From: a virus
IMG/VR virus record: IMGVR_UViG_3300025530_000001
Location: 1-64,000 of that record
DNA: 64,000 nt
Strand: one strand, 5' to 3'
The notes below the pieces were generated by a model that ran no database searches, was not told the DNA's origin, and worked only from the letters and a program-made list of their open reading frames with translations. Shown here piece by piece: positions 42,767 through 52,600 of this stretch; positions within the stretch are counted from its first letter, which is position 1; each line of letters begins with the position of its first letter. Both the position numbers and the translations under genes were made by a program.

Positions 42767-43380
42767 AGCAAGAGATGAACGTGGAAATCATTCAAGATCC
42801 TTATGTCGATAACCGGCTGCGATCTAACAAACCAACCAACTATCTCGGTTTCATCGATGAACTCATCCGGCTTTGGAAGCTTGCCGGAAAAAGAGGGAGA
42901 TTTATTCGAGATACGCCGCTCAAAGATGTGATTCAGGATGATGACAACAACATCTTGCCGGTCATCACTTATCGCAAGCTGAGAAGGCAGTATACGCCCG
43001 AATTCAAGGAACGAAAGCCAAGGCATAGGGCTACCATTCGACACCCGGAACGACCTGATGAATGGATTGACCTGTTTGGCCAAATGTTCGACATCTGGGT
43101 TGAGTTTGATGTGTACGCCGCATCCGCTGAAGAGGCGGACGAAATAGCAGAAGAGCTTGATGATTTTCTGTTCATCTATAAAGGGTTCTTCAAAGCTCAC
43201 GGCGTTCACGAGATTATGTTTTATGCGCAGCTGCAAGACAAGGTGATCACGGACTACAAGTACCCAATTGCTTGTAGGCCGATCCAATACACAATGCGGT
43301 TTGAAAAAATAACCCCTCTGTTCCTGAATCAAATCAGACAGATGCTTGTTCAAGCCGAAGTTGTCCAGCCAAACGAATGA
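42763..43380 (+). CDS. tail completion / sheath-terminator candidate
   Basis: 205 aa with AAAGGTGA RBS. Lies immediately upstream of the sheath gene. Confidence 0.45.
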   Translation: MKQEMNVEIIQDPYVDNRLRSNKPTNYLGFIDELIRLWKLAGKRGRFIRDTPLKDVIQDDDNNILPVITYRKLRRQYTPEFKERKPRHRATIRHPERPDEWIDLFGQMFDIWVEFDVYAASAEEADEIAEELDDFLFIYKGFFKAHGVHEIMFYAQLQDKVITDYKYPIACRPIQYTMRFEKITPLFLNQIRQMLVQAEVVQPNE

Positions 43381-43402
43381 TTCACGAGGAGGATGAGTGA
43401 CA

Positions 43403-46168
43403 ATGGCAATTGATAACACTTCGAACCTGCCTGGGGTAAAGGTCACGTATGAAGACAATCAGCTGCATACGAGCAACCAGACCCAGGCAGCGACCACAAA
43501 GTCAATCCTGCTGATTGGTACAGCGGTTGACGGCCCAGTTGGTGAACCTGTTCGTGTTCGTGACCTGGGCATCAAGGCAACTGAAAAGCTGTTTGGCGGT
43601 ATGATTAACCGGAAGACCAAGCAGCCGAATCAGGCCAGCCTGATCCGCGGCATGCATGAAGCGATCAAGGTCGGAAACGACGACATTCGCCTGCTGCGTG
43701 TAGGCGGCAAACACGCCAAAACAGAGCTGAAAGCAAAGGATATCGCTCGCAACATGGAGCAATATCTGGGTGAAGCTGAGGGCAACACGGCATTTGTCGT
43801 GGAGATTCACGTTCCTGCCGGCGGAAAGTTCGTCGGTGTAAGCAAGGTCGAAGAAATCGACAAGGATGGAAACGTCAAGACGCTGGCAGCTAATTCCGTC
43901 ATCGATTATGTCGATACGACTTCCGGCAGCGAGAAGGTGTACTTCTATGCTGACAAGATTCGTCCTGGGCACAGCGTGAGAGTTCACTACGACTATGAAA
44001 CTCGCAACTATACGATGGTTCCGAAGCTCGAAGGCGGCGTACCGGATTACTCAGATCCAGACTACACGCTGACGCAGGATGCTTCCAACAACCGCTACTT
44101 CTATTCGGCTCGGAAGAACTGGTCTGATCGCCTTGAGTCCGGCCATATCCCGGTGGTTGTCGTCAAAAACAATGACACCGGTGATGTGTATACAATCGCA
44201 TCCACCAATCCGAACGGTGATTATATCTACAGGATTGGAAAAGGCCAAGTTTCAAATCCGCTTACCGATCCGATTTCCGCACAGGATTACAAGGATGGAG
44301 GCATTTTCTTCACCACGGCATACGACGATGAAGTAGCCAAAGGTGTATATCCGGCGCTGACAGGCAACATCACAGTTACGTGTGAGTACGCATGGTATAC
44401 GGCGTATGCGGAAACAGGCACAGAAACAAGCGTTGCTCCAGGTGTCGCTGTTGATTACAATCTCGACTACACACCAATTGCCAATGAGTTCAGCGTCTAC
44501 TATGTGTCTGGAACAGAGCGCGTGACGTTGACAGAGGGCGTCGATTACGGCGTATCGCTCACGGAACGAATCGTCACGATCAATGCCGGTGTGGCACCTG
44601 TTGGTGCACAACTTTATGCTTCCTATAAGACCTCTTCGTCTACGGTTCAAGACCCGTACATCGAGGTTCTGGGCAAATACCCCGGCTCTGTTTACGGCAG
44701 CCTGACGGATCTTTACGACAAGGGCACTCTGACTGGCGTAAAGGTTGAGGTGCAGGCGGATCCGGATGATCCGACCGGGATGGAGAAGATCATCATCTTC
44801 CACAAGCCAGAAGAGAAGCGTCTCTCTTACAAGGATGATTACCTGGTCTACAAGACCAAGAATCTGGCCAACATCAAGACCATTCGCCAGTTCGTGAACT
44901 ACGTCAACAACGACGCTTCTAACAATATCGTAACGCTTTACGCAGAAAATGATTATGGCAACGTGCCGATTCAAGGTCTGCTCGTTACTGAAGCGAAGTA
45001 TCTCGGCGAAGAAGAGCCAGGCAAGCTGAAAGAAGACATGACAAAGCCACTGGGAACACTGGATCGCTATCCGTGGCTCGGTGATGACGGTCTTGTCGAT
45101 GTCACCAATCCGTCTGATATGGACAGGTTGTATACACTGCTGGGCGGCCGATACGAGCTGGTCAACGGCGAATACAAGCTGGTAGAGCAAGGCATCTACA
45201 GCAAGCTGGAAAACTATGTTGTTGACGAAATTCAGCTCCTGGATGTGTACGCCAACACGCTGATTGATCCGCTGACTCCAGAGAAGAACTTTGCCACCCA
45301 GCTTGCGCAGCACTGCGCAACGGCTACTGCAAAGACATGGGAGACGATTGGCATCATCGGTGTCGCTCCGGCACTGAGCACCAAGCTGCTCGATGTTCAA
45401 GAGTACATCGACTTGCTGACGATTCCTGGTTTTCTGGATGGCGCAGGAAATGAAGCAAGGCGCAAGAAATATGAGGCCGCCGGCATTCGCACGGACTATG
45501 TAAATGAGCATTACCTCTACAACGAGGCAACTCACGAGTACGTGCTGAACGATGAAGGTGATCGTATCGACATTGGCCGCTACATCAGTGTGGTCTTTGG
45601 TCCGGAAGTCGGATTGTCCAGCGACAAGATTGGAAATTACGTGACTAGCGGCTCCACAGTATATGCGGCATTGATCTCTACGCTTTCACCGGAAGTGTCC
45701 ACGACTAATCGCCCGGTGTCTGTAATTCGTGGATTGCGCTATAACCTCTCTGAAGCGCAGCACAGCCAACTGATCGATGGACGCTATGTGACCTTTACGC
45801 AGCAAATCGACGAAAACGGGATCACCAAGTTTGTCGTCAAAGACGGCGTAACGGCAGCTCTTGCAAATTCCGATTACACTCGGCTGTCCACGCTTCGGAT
45901 TGTTCACACGGCGGTCCAGCTGGTGCGACGCAAAGCCACTCCTTTCATCGGTTTGCCGAATGGCCTGGCACAGCGTAATGCCCTGGCGGCAGAAATTCAG
46001 GCAGGTCTCGATAAGCTGAAGGAGAACGGATTGCTGCAGCGGTTTAAATTCACGATTTTCAGCTCCGTTCAAGATAAAGTGCTTGGCAATGCCTTCATCA
46101 CTCTTGAACTGGTGCCTGAATACGAGACCAGACAGTTCAACACGAGTGTTGTTCTGCGAGCTGCGTAA
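43403..46168 (+). CDS. contractile tail sheath protein
   Basis: 921 aa with GAGGAGGA RBS. N-terminal NLPGVKVTYED...SILLIGTAVDGP is typical of sheath proteins. Followed by tube genes. Confidence 0.75.
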   Translation: MAIDNTSNLPGVKVTYEDNQLHTSNQTQAATTKSILLIGTAVDGPVGEPVRVRDLGIKATEKLFGGMINRKTKQPNQASLIRGMHEAIKVGNDDIRLLRVGGKHAKTELKAKDIARNMEQYLGEAEGNTAFVVEIHVPAGGKFVGVSKVEEIDKDGNVKTLAANSVIDYVDTTSGSEKVYFYADKIRPGHSVRVHYDYETRNYTMVPKLEGGVPDYSDPDYTLTQDASNNRYFYSARKNWSDRLESGHIPVVVVKNNDTGDVYTIASTNPNGDYIYRIGKGQVSNPLTDPISAQDYKDGGIFFTTAYDDEVAKGVYPALTGNITVTCEYAWYTAYAETGTETSVAPGVAVDYNLDYTPIANEFSVYYVSGTERVTLTEGVDYGVSLTERIVTINAGVAPVGAQLYASYKTSSSTVQDPYIEVLGKYPGSVYGSLTDLYDKGTLTGVKVEVQADPDDPTGMEKIIIFHKPEEKRLSYKDDYLVYKTKNLANIKTIRQFVNYVNNDASNNIVTLYAENDYGNVPIQGLLVTEAKYLGEEEPGKLKEDMTKPLGTLDRYPWLGDDGLVDVTNPSDMDRLYTLLGGRYELVNGEYKLVEQGIYSKLENYVVDEIQLLDVYANTLIDPLTPEKNFATQLAQHCATATAKTWETIGIIGVAPALSTKLLDVQEYIDLLTIPGFLDGAGNEARRKKYEAAGIRTDYVNEHYLYNEATHEYVLNDEGDRIDIGRYISVVFGPEVGLSSDKIGNYVTSGSTVYAALISTLSPEVSTTNRPVSVIRGLRYNLSEAQHSQLIDGRYVTFTQQIDENGITKFVVKDGVTAALANSDYTRLSTLRIVHTAVQLVRRKATPFIGLPNGLAQRNALAAEIQAGLDKLKENGLLQRFKFTIFSSVQDKVLGNAFITLELVPEYETRQFNTSVVLRAA

Positions 46169-46182
46169 TCTCAGAAGTGGTG

Positions 46183-46207
46183 GGGGCCTGGATACAGGCC
46201 AGGCCCC
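46183..46207 (+). terminator. hairpin after sheath gene
   Basis: GGGGCCTGG-atacagg-CCAGGCCCC with a weak T tract. Confidence 0.4.
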
Positions 46208-46240
46208 TGTTATACATCAAAATAAAGGAGTGAAACACTC

Positions 46241-46969
46241 ATGACATTCGATCTTGAGCAATATACTCGCACGTTCAGCTCGTTCTCCGGAGCGGATATC
46301 GTGGCGACATTCAATGGCAGGATCATCGGCGAGCTGCAAGGCATTACGTATTCCATTGCTCGTGAAGTTGCTCCGGTATATACAATGGGATCCCCGGACC
46401 CTCGGTCTTTCAGCCGTGGCAAGCGGGGGATCTCCGGTAGCCTGATCTTCACACAATTCGATCGTGATGCGCTCCTCGAAGAAATGAAGAAGAGCTACAA
46501 TGGTGCGCCTGAGCTGATGACCTTCCAGCAATATCAATGGAACGTTGGCTCTAAAGAGAACCAAATCCTCAGCGGCTTGCAAGCCGCCAAGACCGGCGGC
46601 TATGGTATTGAAACCTGGGACGAGCAAATGACCAGGCTTGGTTACGGCGCCGTATCGGCTTCGAATGGGTTCAATGCAGACGCATTGACTGGATTCTATG
46701 TTCCGGAGTATGCTGACCAACTGATGCCATTCAACATCTCGATTACGATGGCGAACGAATTTGGCCAACGTGCCGGTATGGATATCTACGGCGTTCAAAT
46801 CCTGAACGAGGGATCAGGCTTTACCATCGATGATGTTGTGGCTTCCAAAGCCTACACATTCGTCGCTCGCAAGATCAAGGGTGTTGAGCGCAAAGCAAAT
46901 CTTCGCACGAGCGGCCAAAGCAGCGCCAACGCAGCAAGCGGAGATTCGTTCCAAGTGCTCTACGCCTAA
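46241..46969 (+). CDS. tail tube protein (tube-family paralog 1)
   Basis: 242 aa with AAAGGAG RBS. FSGADIVATFNGRIIGELQGITYS motif is shared with the next two genes. Confidence 0.65.
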   Translation: MTFDLEQYTRTFSSFSGADIVATFNGRIIGELQGITYSIAREVAPVYTMGSPDPRSFSRGKRGISGSLIFTQFDRDALLEEMKKSYNGAPELMTFQQYQWNVGSKENQILSGLQAAKTGGYGIETWDEQMTRLGYGAVSASNGFNADALTGFYVPEYADQLMPFNISITMANEFGQRAGMDIYGVQILNEGSGFTIDDVVASKAYTFVARKIKGVERKANLRTSGQSSANAASGDSFQVLYA

Positions 46970-46982
46970 TGAGATCTGGCAG

Positions 46983-47011
46983 AAAAGGCAGCTCACAAGG
47001 CTGCCTTTTTT
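46983..47011 (+). terminator. rho-independent terminator
   Basis: AAAAGGCAGC-tcacaag-GCTGCCTTTTTT. Confidence 0.7.
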
Positions 47012-47033
47012 ACATAAGAGAGGAGGAAGGCTT

Positions 47034-47525
47034 ATGGTTTATCAGAATCCGACTGATCCTGGCTATCATCATACATTTACCACATATTCAGGAGCCGATA
47101 TGGTTGCAACAATCAATGTTCCTGGAAAGGGTCCTGTTGTGTTTGGCAGCTTGTCTTCGATTGCCTACTCCATTTACCGTGCCAAATATCCCGTTCTTAC
47201 GCTTGGTCGTATCACACCGAAGGGATTCACCAGAGGGATTCGGCAAATTACCGGGGTCATGAGATTCATCGATTTTGATGAAACGATCGTTTATCGCTGT
47301 CTTGAAGAGATCAAGAACATGGGATACAAGATGCTCATGGATGAAATGCCAATGTTTGATGTCACCATCAGCATGGCCAATGAATTTGGCTCAAAAAGCA
47401 AAATCACCATCTATGGCATCACCACCTACACAGAAGGCAAAACCATGGATATCAATGAAGTGCGAACTGAAAATGTTTATGAGTTCTATGCGCTTGATGT
47501 CGATCCACTAACCAAGGCAAAGTGA
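47034..47525 (+). CDS. tube-family paralog 2
   Basis: 163 aa from ATG 47034 (GAGGAGGAAGG RBS). YSGADMVATINVPGKG motif. Confidence 0.6.
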   Translation: MVYQNPTDPGYHHTFTTYSGADMVATINVPGKGPVVFGSLSSIAYSIYRAKYPVLTLGRITPKGFTRGIRQITGVMRFIDFDETIVYRCLEEIKNMGYKMLMDEMPMFDVTISMANEFGSKSKITIYGITTYTEGKTMDINEVRTENVYEFYALDVDPLTKAK

Positions 47526-47535
47526 GGGGAAACAT

Positions 47536-48318
47536 ATGGCCTACAATCCGTATCGCATACGGCAGCCGGCACCGGTGGGAAACGTTTATCAACGCCCGAC
47601 TAATCGAGTGGAATATCAAATCTTCAGTGAAGATTACTTCTCGGGAGCTGACGTAAACATCTTCTTCGGAAATATTTGGGTGGATGAAGCACACGAATTG
47701 AGCTTTCAAATTGAAGAGCGCATTATGCCGATTTATGGATATAATTCATTCACATTTGATGCAGTTGCTCGGGGAAACCGGCTTGTACAAGGATACTTCA
47801 AGATTAATTTCAAATCGGTCGGTTATCTGAAGACCATTCTTGAAAATGCTATGGCTATTGAATACACCATTTTGAAGGCGCAGAGCGAAGGAAAACTGTC
47901 TCCGGCAGATTTCAATAAATATAAGCTTGAAGACATCTTGCAAATCGCAGGTAAATCAGGATTTGACCAAATCGCAGATGAATATGAAAAAGCTCTTTGG
48001 GGTGTAGAAGAAGACGCAAATTCCATTCTTTCATATGGGACCAGCACTTTCTTTCCATCCAGCCAATATGGGTTTGATATCAAGATCAACTATGGGGCGG
48101 TTTCTGAGGCCATGTCAACTTCACAGCGATATATCACAGCAAGCAAATACAATCAAAAGCCGAACCTGACAGTAGAGACAATCAATGGTGTTCAGCTATT
48201 TGGTATGAAAAAAGATGGCATTGCGACAGGAGAAGACGGAAGGCCGATCACAGAAACCTATAGCTTTATCGCCCGAGATATAAATGGGCCTTTATATATT
48301 CAGCAAAACCGTATATAA
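47536..48318 (+). CDS. tube-family paralog 3 (tube initiator/baseplate-tube candidate)
   Basis: 260 aa with GAGGGG RBS. FSGADVNIFFGNIWVDE motif. Confidence 0.6.
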   Translation: MAYNPYRIRQPAPVGNVYQRPTNRVEYQIFSEDYFSGADVNIFFGNIWVDEAHELSFQIEERIMPIYGYNSFTFDAVARGNRLVQGYFKINFKSVGYLKTILENAMAIEYTILKAQSEGKLSPADFNKYKLEDILQIAGKSGFDQIADEYEKALWGVEEDANSILSYGTSTFFPSSQYGFDIKINYGAVSEAMSTSQRYITASKYNQKPNLTVETINGVQLFGMKKDGIATGEDGRPITETYSFIARDINGPLYIQQNRI

Positions 48319-48325
48319 TTAACTG

Positions 48326-48339
48326 TGTAATGCATTACA
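48326..48339. promoter_or_regulatory. palindromic motif copy 8 (TGTAATGCATTACA)
   Basis: Exact motif, 6 nt downstream of TATAAT 48314-48319 and 15 nt upstream of ATG 48354. Confidence 0.65.
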
Positions 48340-48353
48340 AGGGAGGAAAGACG

Positions 48354-48773
48354 ATGAGCCAGCGTCAAGAAATAGATGCAACACAAGAAAAGGAAAGTCG
48401 GGTTGAAGTAGCATACGGGCTGACCCAAGAAGAGCTGGATGCGCCTGCGATTCCTGGTTTTGAAGAAGGGCCCACTCGGCTCGAAATTGAGCAATGGAAA
48501 GAGAAATACGGTTCAATCTACTTTACGCCATTTGATGATGAAATCTATATCTGGCGCATTTTGCAGCGACAAGAGTACAATGCGATCATTTCGGACCGGC
48601 AATTGACCGCATTGGACCGGGAAGAGATCTTCACAGAAAAATGCGTCCTGTATCCAAGGAATTACACCCGTGAAAAAATGAAAGAGGGCAAGGCCGGTGT
48701 TCCAACGCTGTTAAATGAAATGATCATGGACAAATCTGGCTTTATCGCACAAAGTGCCCCGATCAAATTATAA
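48354..48773 (+). CDS. tail assembly chaperone-like protein, paralog 1
   Basis: 139 aa from ATG 48354 (GGGAGG RBS). IEQWKEKYGSIYFTPFDDEIYIWRILQRQEYNAI parallels the next gene. Confidence 0.55.
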   Translation: MSQRQEIDATQEKESRVEVAYGLTQEELDAPAIPGFEEGPTRLEIEQWKEKYGSIYFTPFDDEIYIWRILQRQEYNAIISDRQLTALDREEIFTEKCVLYPRNYTREKMKEGKAGVPTLLNEMIMDKSGFIAQSAPIKL

Positions 48774-48782
48774 GGAGCCAAA

Positions 48783-48810
48783 AGCAGGGCATCTGACCCT
48801 GCTTAATTTA
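48783..48810 (+). terminator. rho-independent terminator
   Basis: AGCAGGG-catctga-CCCTGCT followed by TAATTTAT. Confidence 0.55.
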
Positions 48811-48830
48811 TATGTATGGAGAGATGATCC

Positions 48831-49634
48831 ATGGTCCCACATCATCAGATTCAACAGTGGAAGGCTCAATATGAAGAAGTCTATATGGTCACGATTCAGG
48901 ATCAGGTGTTTTATTATCGGCTGATCAATCGGGAAGAGTATGAAGACATTGTGGCGCAAGAACTCCCTTATGGGAAAATGCAAGAAGCGGTGTGCGAGGT
49001 GGCTGTTCTACATCCTGTAGACTTTGATTTCGAGACCGGAGGAGCGGGATATGCAGAAGCATTATGTGATTTGATTCTTGAGGCTTCTGGGTTCCTTGGT
49101 GGGCAAATCAAAGAATTGCTGGAAGAATACCGGAAAGATATGCAACTCTTCGATAACCAAGTGGATTGCATTATCCATGAGGTGTTTCCGGAATATAGGA
49201 TCGAAGAGATTCGACGGTGGAGCGCAAAGAAAACCATGTGGTATTTAGCCAGAGCGGAATATGTGCTGGAAAATCTACGTGGTGTCAAGCTGGTGGCAGT
49301 CGAGGCAAATGAGCAAACAAACCAGATGGACCAGCAACCTCCGCAGCCGGCGCCAGCTCCGAAGCAAATGATGAGTCCTCAAGAACGAGCAGAATCCTCA
49401 CCCCTTGCTACGTATCAACAGCCTGACGCCAAACCGCAAATGGATAAAAAGGCAGCAACACAGGCACCGCCAGCGGATGAAGCGGCTATGTTGGCCATGT
49501 TGCAACAGGCCATGATGAATCACCCAAGTGCCCAAGGAAATCGCCAAATCGCTCCGCCGACAACCAGTCTTGATTCCATGCCAGAACTTAGTTGGTTCCG
49601 AGCTGAAGAAGAATTAAAGGGAGAATTCGATTGA
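48831..49634 (+). CDS. tail assembly chaperone-like protein, paralog 2 with Q/P/A-rich extension
   Basis: 267 aa. IQQWKAQYEEVYMVTIQDQVFYYRLINREEYEDI. Confidence 0.55.
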   Translation: MVPHHQIQQWKAQYEEVYMVTIQDQVFYYRLINREEYEDIVAQELPYGKMQEAVCEVAVLHPVDFDFETGGAGYAEALCDLILEASGFLGGQIKELLEEYRKDMQLFDNQVDCIIHEVFPEYRIEEIRRWSAKKTMWYLARAEYVLENLRGVKLVAVEANEQTNQMDQQPPQPAPAPKQMMSPQERAESSPLATYQQPDAKPQMDKKAATQAPPADEAAMLAMLQQAMMNHPSAQGNRQIAPPTTSLDSMPELSWFRAEEELKGEFD

Positions 49635-49664
49635 CAACCATAGCTTACGAAGGAGTGAGTCACG

Positions 49665-52600
49665 ATGCCGGAAATGGAGAATGAATATTCTAGCTATCTG
49701 GATATGGATTCGAGGCCGATGTCTCGTTATCTTCGTTCCGATCGTGAGCGAGATGAGGATGCTCCACTTCTTCGTAAGATGATGGTAGGAACAGGAATTG
49801 CTGCAGGTGCGCTGGCTGTGGCCTATCGCACCGGTGGCATGCGCAAATTGGCTGGAGCCATCGAAGTGTATGGAAAAGGAATTGCACAAGCAGCAAAAGA
49901 GACGATGGACCAGGAGTCAGGTGGCCATCTTTTTCGTCTTTTTGGACATGCTGTTTCTGCACCGGCTGGTCGCAGGCTCTTTAACAAGGAGTTTGTTGAG
50001 CGAGCCAAACGTTCGATCGAGCAGAGAAAACGGGCTGTAGCCCAGTTTGGGGCCAATCGTGAATATGACATGCAACGTCTGATTCGACAATTGAATCGGA
50101 TGGTAGACAAGAAGGTTCCTTATCACATTGAAGAAGGAATCCGATTCAATCTGGTTATCGACGAGTTGCGAAAGAGCCATCACTTTTCGGAAGAGCAGGT
50201 CAATCAGGTTGCTCGTGCCTTTTTGAAGGCCAATCAGGAATCTAAGGGAAGCTTTTCACTGAAATATACTCACGATCGAGAAATCATTTTCCATCTCAAC
50301 AATGCCGGCATTGCTGATAAAGACACGGTTGAGAAGATCCTGGCAGCTCGCAAGAAGCATCGGATTATCCAAGATGAAAAAGCGCTTCAGGATATGAAGG
50401 AGCGCATCTCTCGTATGCAAGAGAGATTGACACGTCAAGCTTACAACGAGATGCAAGAGATGACTAGGAAGGATGGTTTCTTAAAGAGAGCAATCCGTGG
50501 CCACAGGCAAGCAACTGTGCAAGATGTGCTTGATATGCATCACGCTGGGCGCATTAAGCTTGATGAAGAAACCTACAAATCTTTGAACCGGATTATTCGT
50601 CAAAACCAGAAGTTTGGCGATGCGATATTCGATGAGCAACTGTATGTTAAGACACGAAATGGAAAAGCACATGATCTGATCGATTATAAGATCTTCAATG
50701 AAATGAAGTGGAAGATGGTGGACTATTGGGCAACCTCGTTGCCTGGTGGTCTGCTCCACCTGCGGGATTTTCTTAACATTCGGGAAGCCAGACTGAAATC
50801 GCCATTTGACATCATTGGTCGGGGATCTATTCAGCCAGGATTAAATGCGCAAATGGGCATTGCCAACAACGAGATGCTCAAAAGCGAAGTCGTCTATGTG
50901 AATGGCCGGTTTTATAACCTTTTTGATGGCGGGACAAGAGATACACCTCTTGAGCCTCTCAACAAAGGAAGACGAATGTATGGGATCTCCTCTCAGTTTG
51001 GCACCATCGGAAAGATCATGCAGCATACCAGCGGCATTGTTACTGGTGTCAAGGAGAATCAAAACTGGTTTGCTCGGACATTTGATCTCGGCAACCAAAG
51101 CAAAGAGTCGGGATTCCGATCTGTCTTATCCGGCATTACGAAATTCGGTAATCCAGAGTGGGGAAGAAATCTGATCTATGACGCCTTGAATCATGGCGTT
51201 GATTATGATGATTTCTTCAAAATCAAGAATTACTTTGAACGCTACACCAAAGGATTCAGCCCCAGAGTTCTAAATAACATTACGGATCATTTGCCGACGC
51301 ATTTGAGGCGTTTTATCCAGGACAATGAAATCAACTTCAGCCGGGAAGAAGACATGCTGAAGCTGTTTGAGTATTTAGCCAATCCGGATATGATGGTCAA
51401 TATCAATGGCGTAATGCAAAAGAACATCGCAGCCAACGGGGCATCCGAGGATCTGAAAAGGCTCTGGCGACAATATGAACGTGACAAGTATGAGTTCATG
51501 GCGAAGAAGCAGCCTGTTGGTGAAGCCAGCCTGCTTGGATTCGGAGAATACACGAACATCCAAACCAGCATGGATCAAGTGCGTCAGCAAATGGGTTTGG
51601 AAATCCTGCGTCAGATTTCAGAAGCCAACATGATGCACGGATCCACTCCGGTGTCATTCAAAGGCATCTTGAAAGACCTCCGGGAAGCCGGCAAAATCTC
51701 ATTGGAAGATATGCGTCAAGCAGAAGATCTGTATGCGCATTACCAATTCATGTCGTCAGGAAGGCACATCTACAGCAGCACTGATATCGCATTGGCTCAG
51801 ATCAATGGGTTGTTCAGAGGAACATCGGAACGGTCTCGGGAATTCCAGGAGCAGATTCAACGAATGGTGAGAAAGACCAATCCGATCTTCCAGCGTTTTT
51901 CTGGCATCCGACCTGTGAACCAGGTTGGGGATGATCTGATCTATGTCAATGAAGCCTTTGAAAATGGCTTCTTCCAGCAATTCACGTCGTTCAGAGGCGT
52001 TGCAGATCTGTTTAGGCAAGCCTTTGCCGGCAGACGGAACATGGAAGACTTCACAACATTGACGGCATATAACATGTATATTCCGTTCCGTCTGCAGGAT
52101 GCTTTAGGCAATGTGGGGCTTGGATTCTCCGATAGATCAATGGGGAACGCAGCCCAAATCTGGAGTTCGCTTCTGTTGAAACGCTTCTTGCCAGCGGTGG
52201 CCATTCCTACTTACGCTGAATACATCGATGACAAGACTGATCAATATTTCGGCACCAGCATCTCCGAGCGGTGGGAAATTTATAAGGCAACTCGTGAGTT
52301 AAGGCTTGCCGCAGAGCGGGATCCGAGCGACATTTACGGCATTTTGACTAATGCCAAAACATCTGATGAGCTGAAGCGGGAAATGTCGCTTCGTCCGGGG
52401 ATTGAACACTTTGGTGCCGGGCCTGAGCTTTATCTTCCGGGCATAGGCAAAGTAGGCGTTCTGAGAACCATTGGAAAGCTTCTGGGCGGAGGCGCACCGG
52501 TAGATGAAAAGGACACGTACACGGTTGAGGAGCTGCAGGATTACTACGCATATGGTGTGGATGAGGTGCGCCAGGGCCGCTGGTGGTTGTTTGGTTCCAA

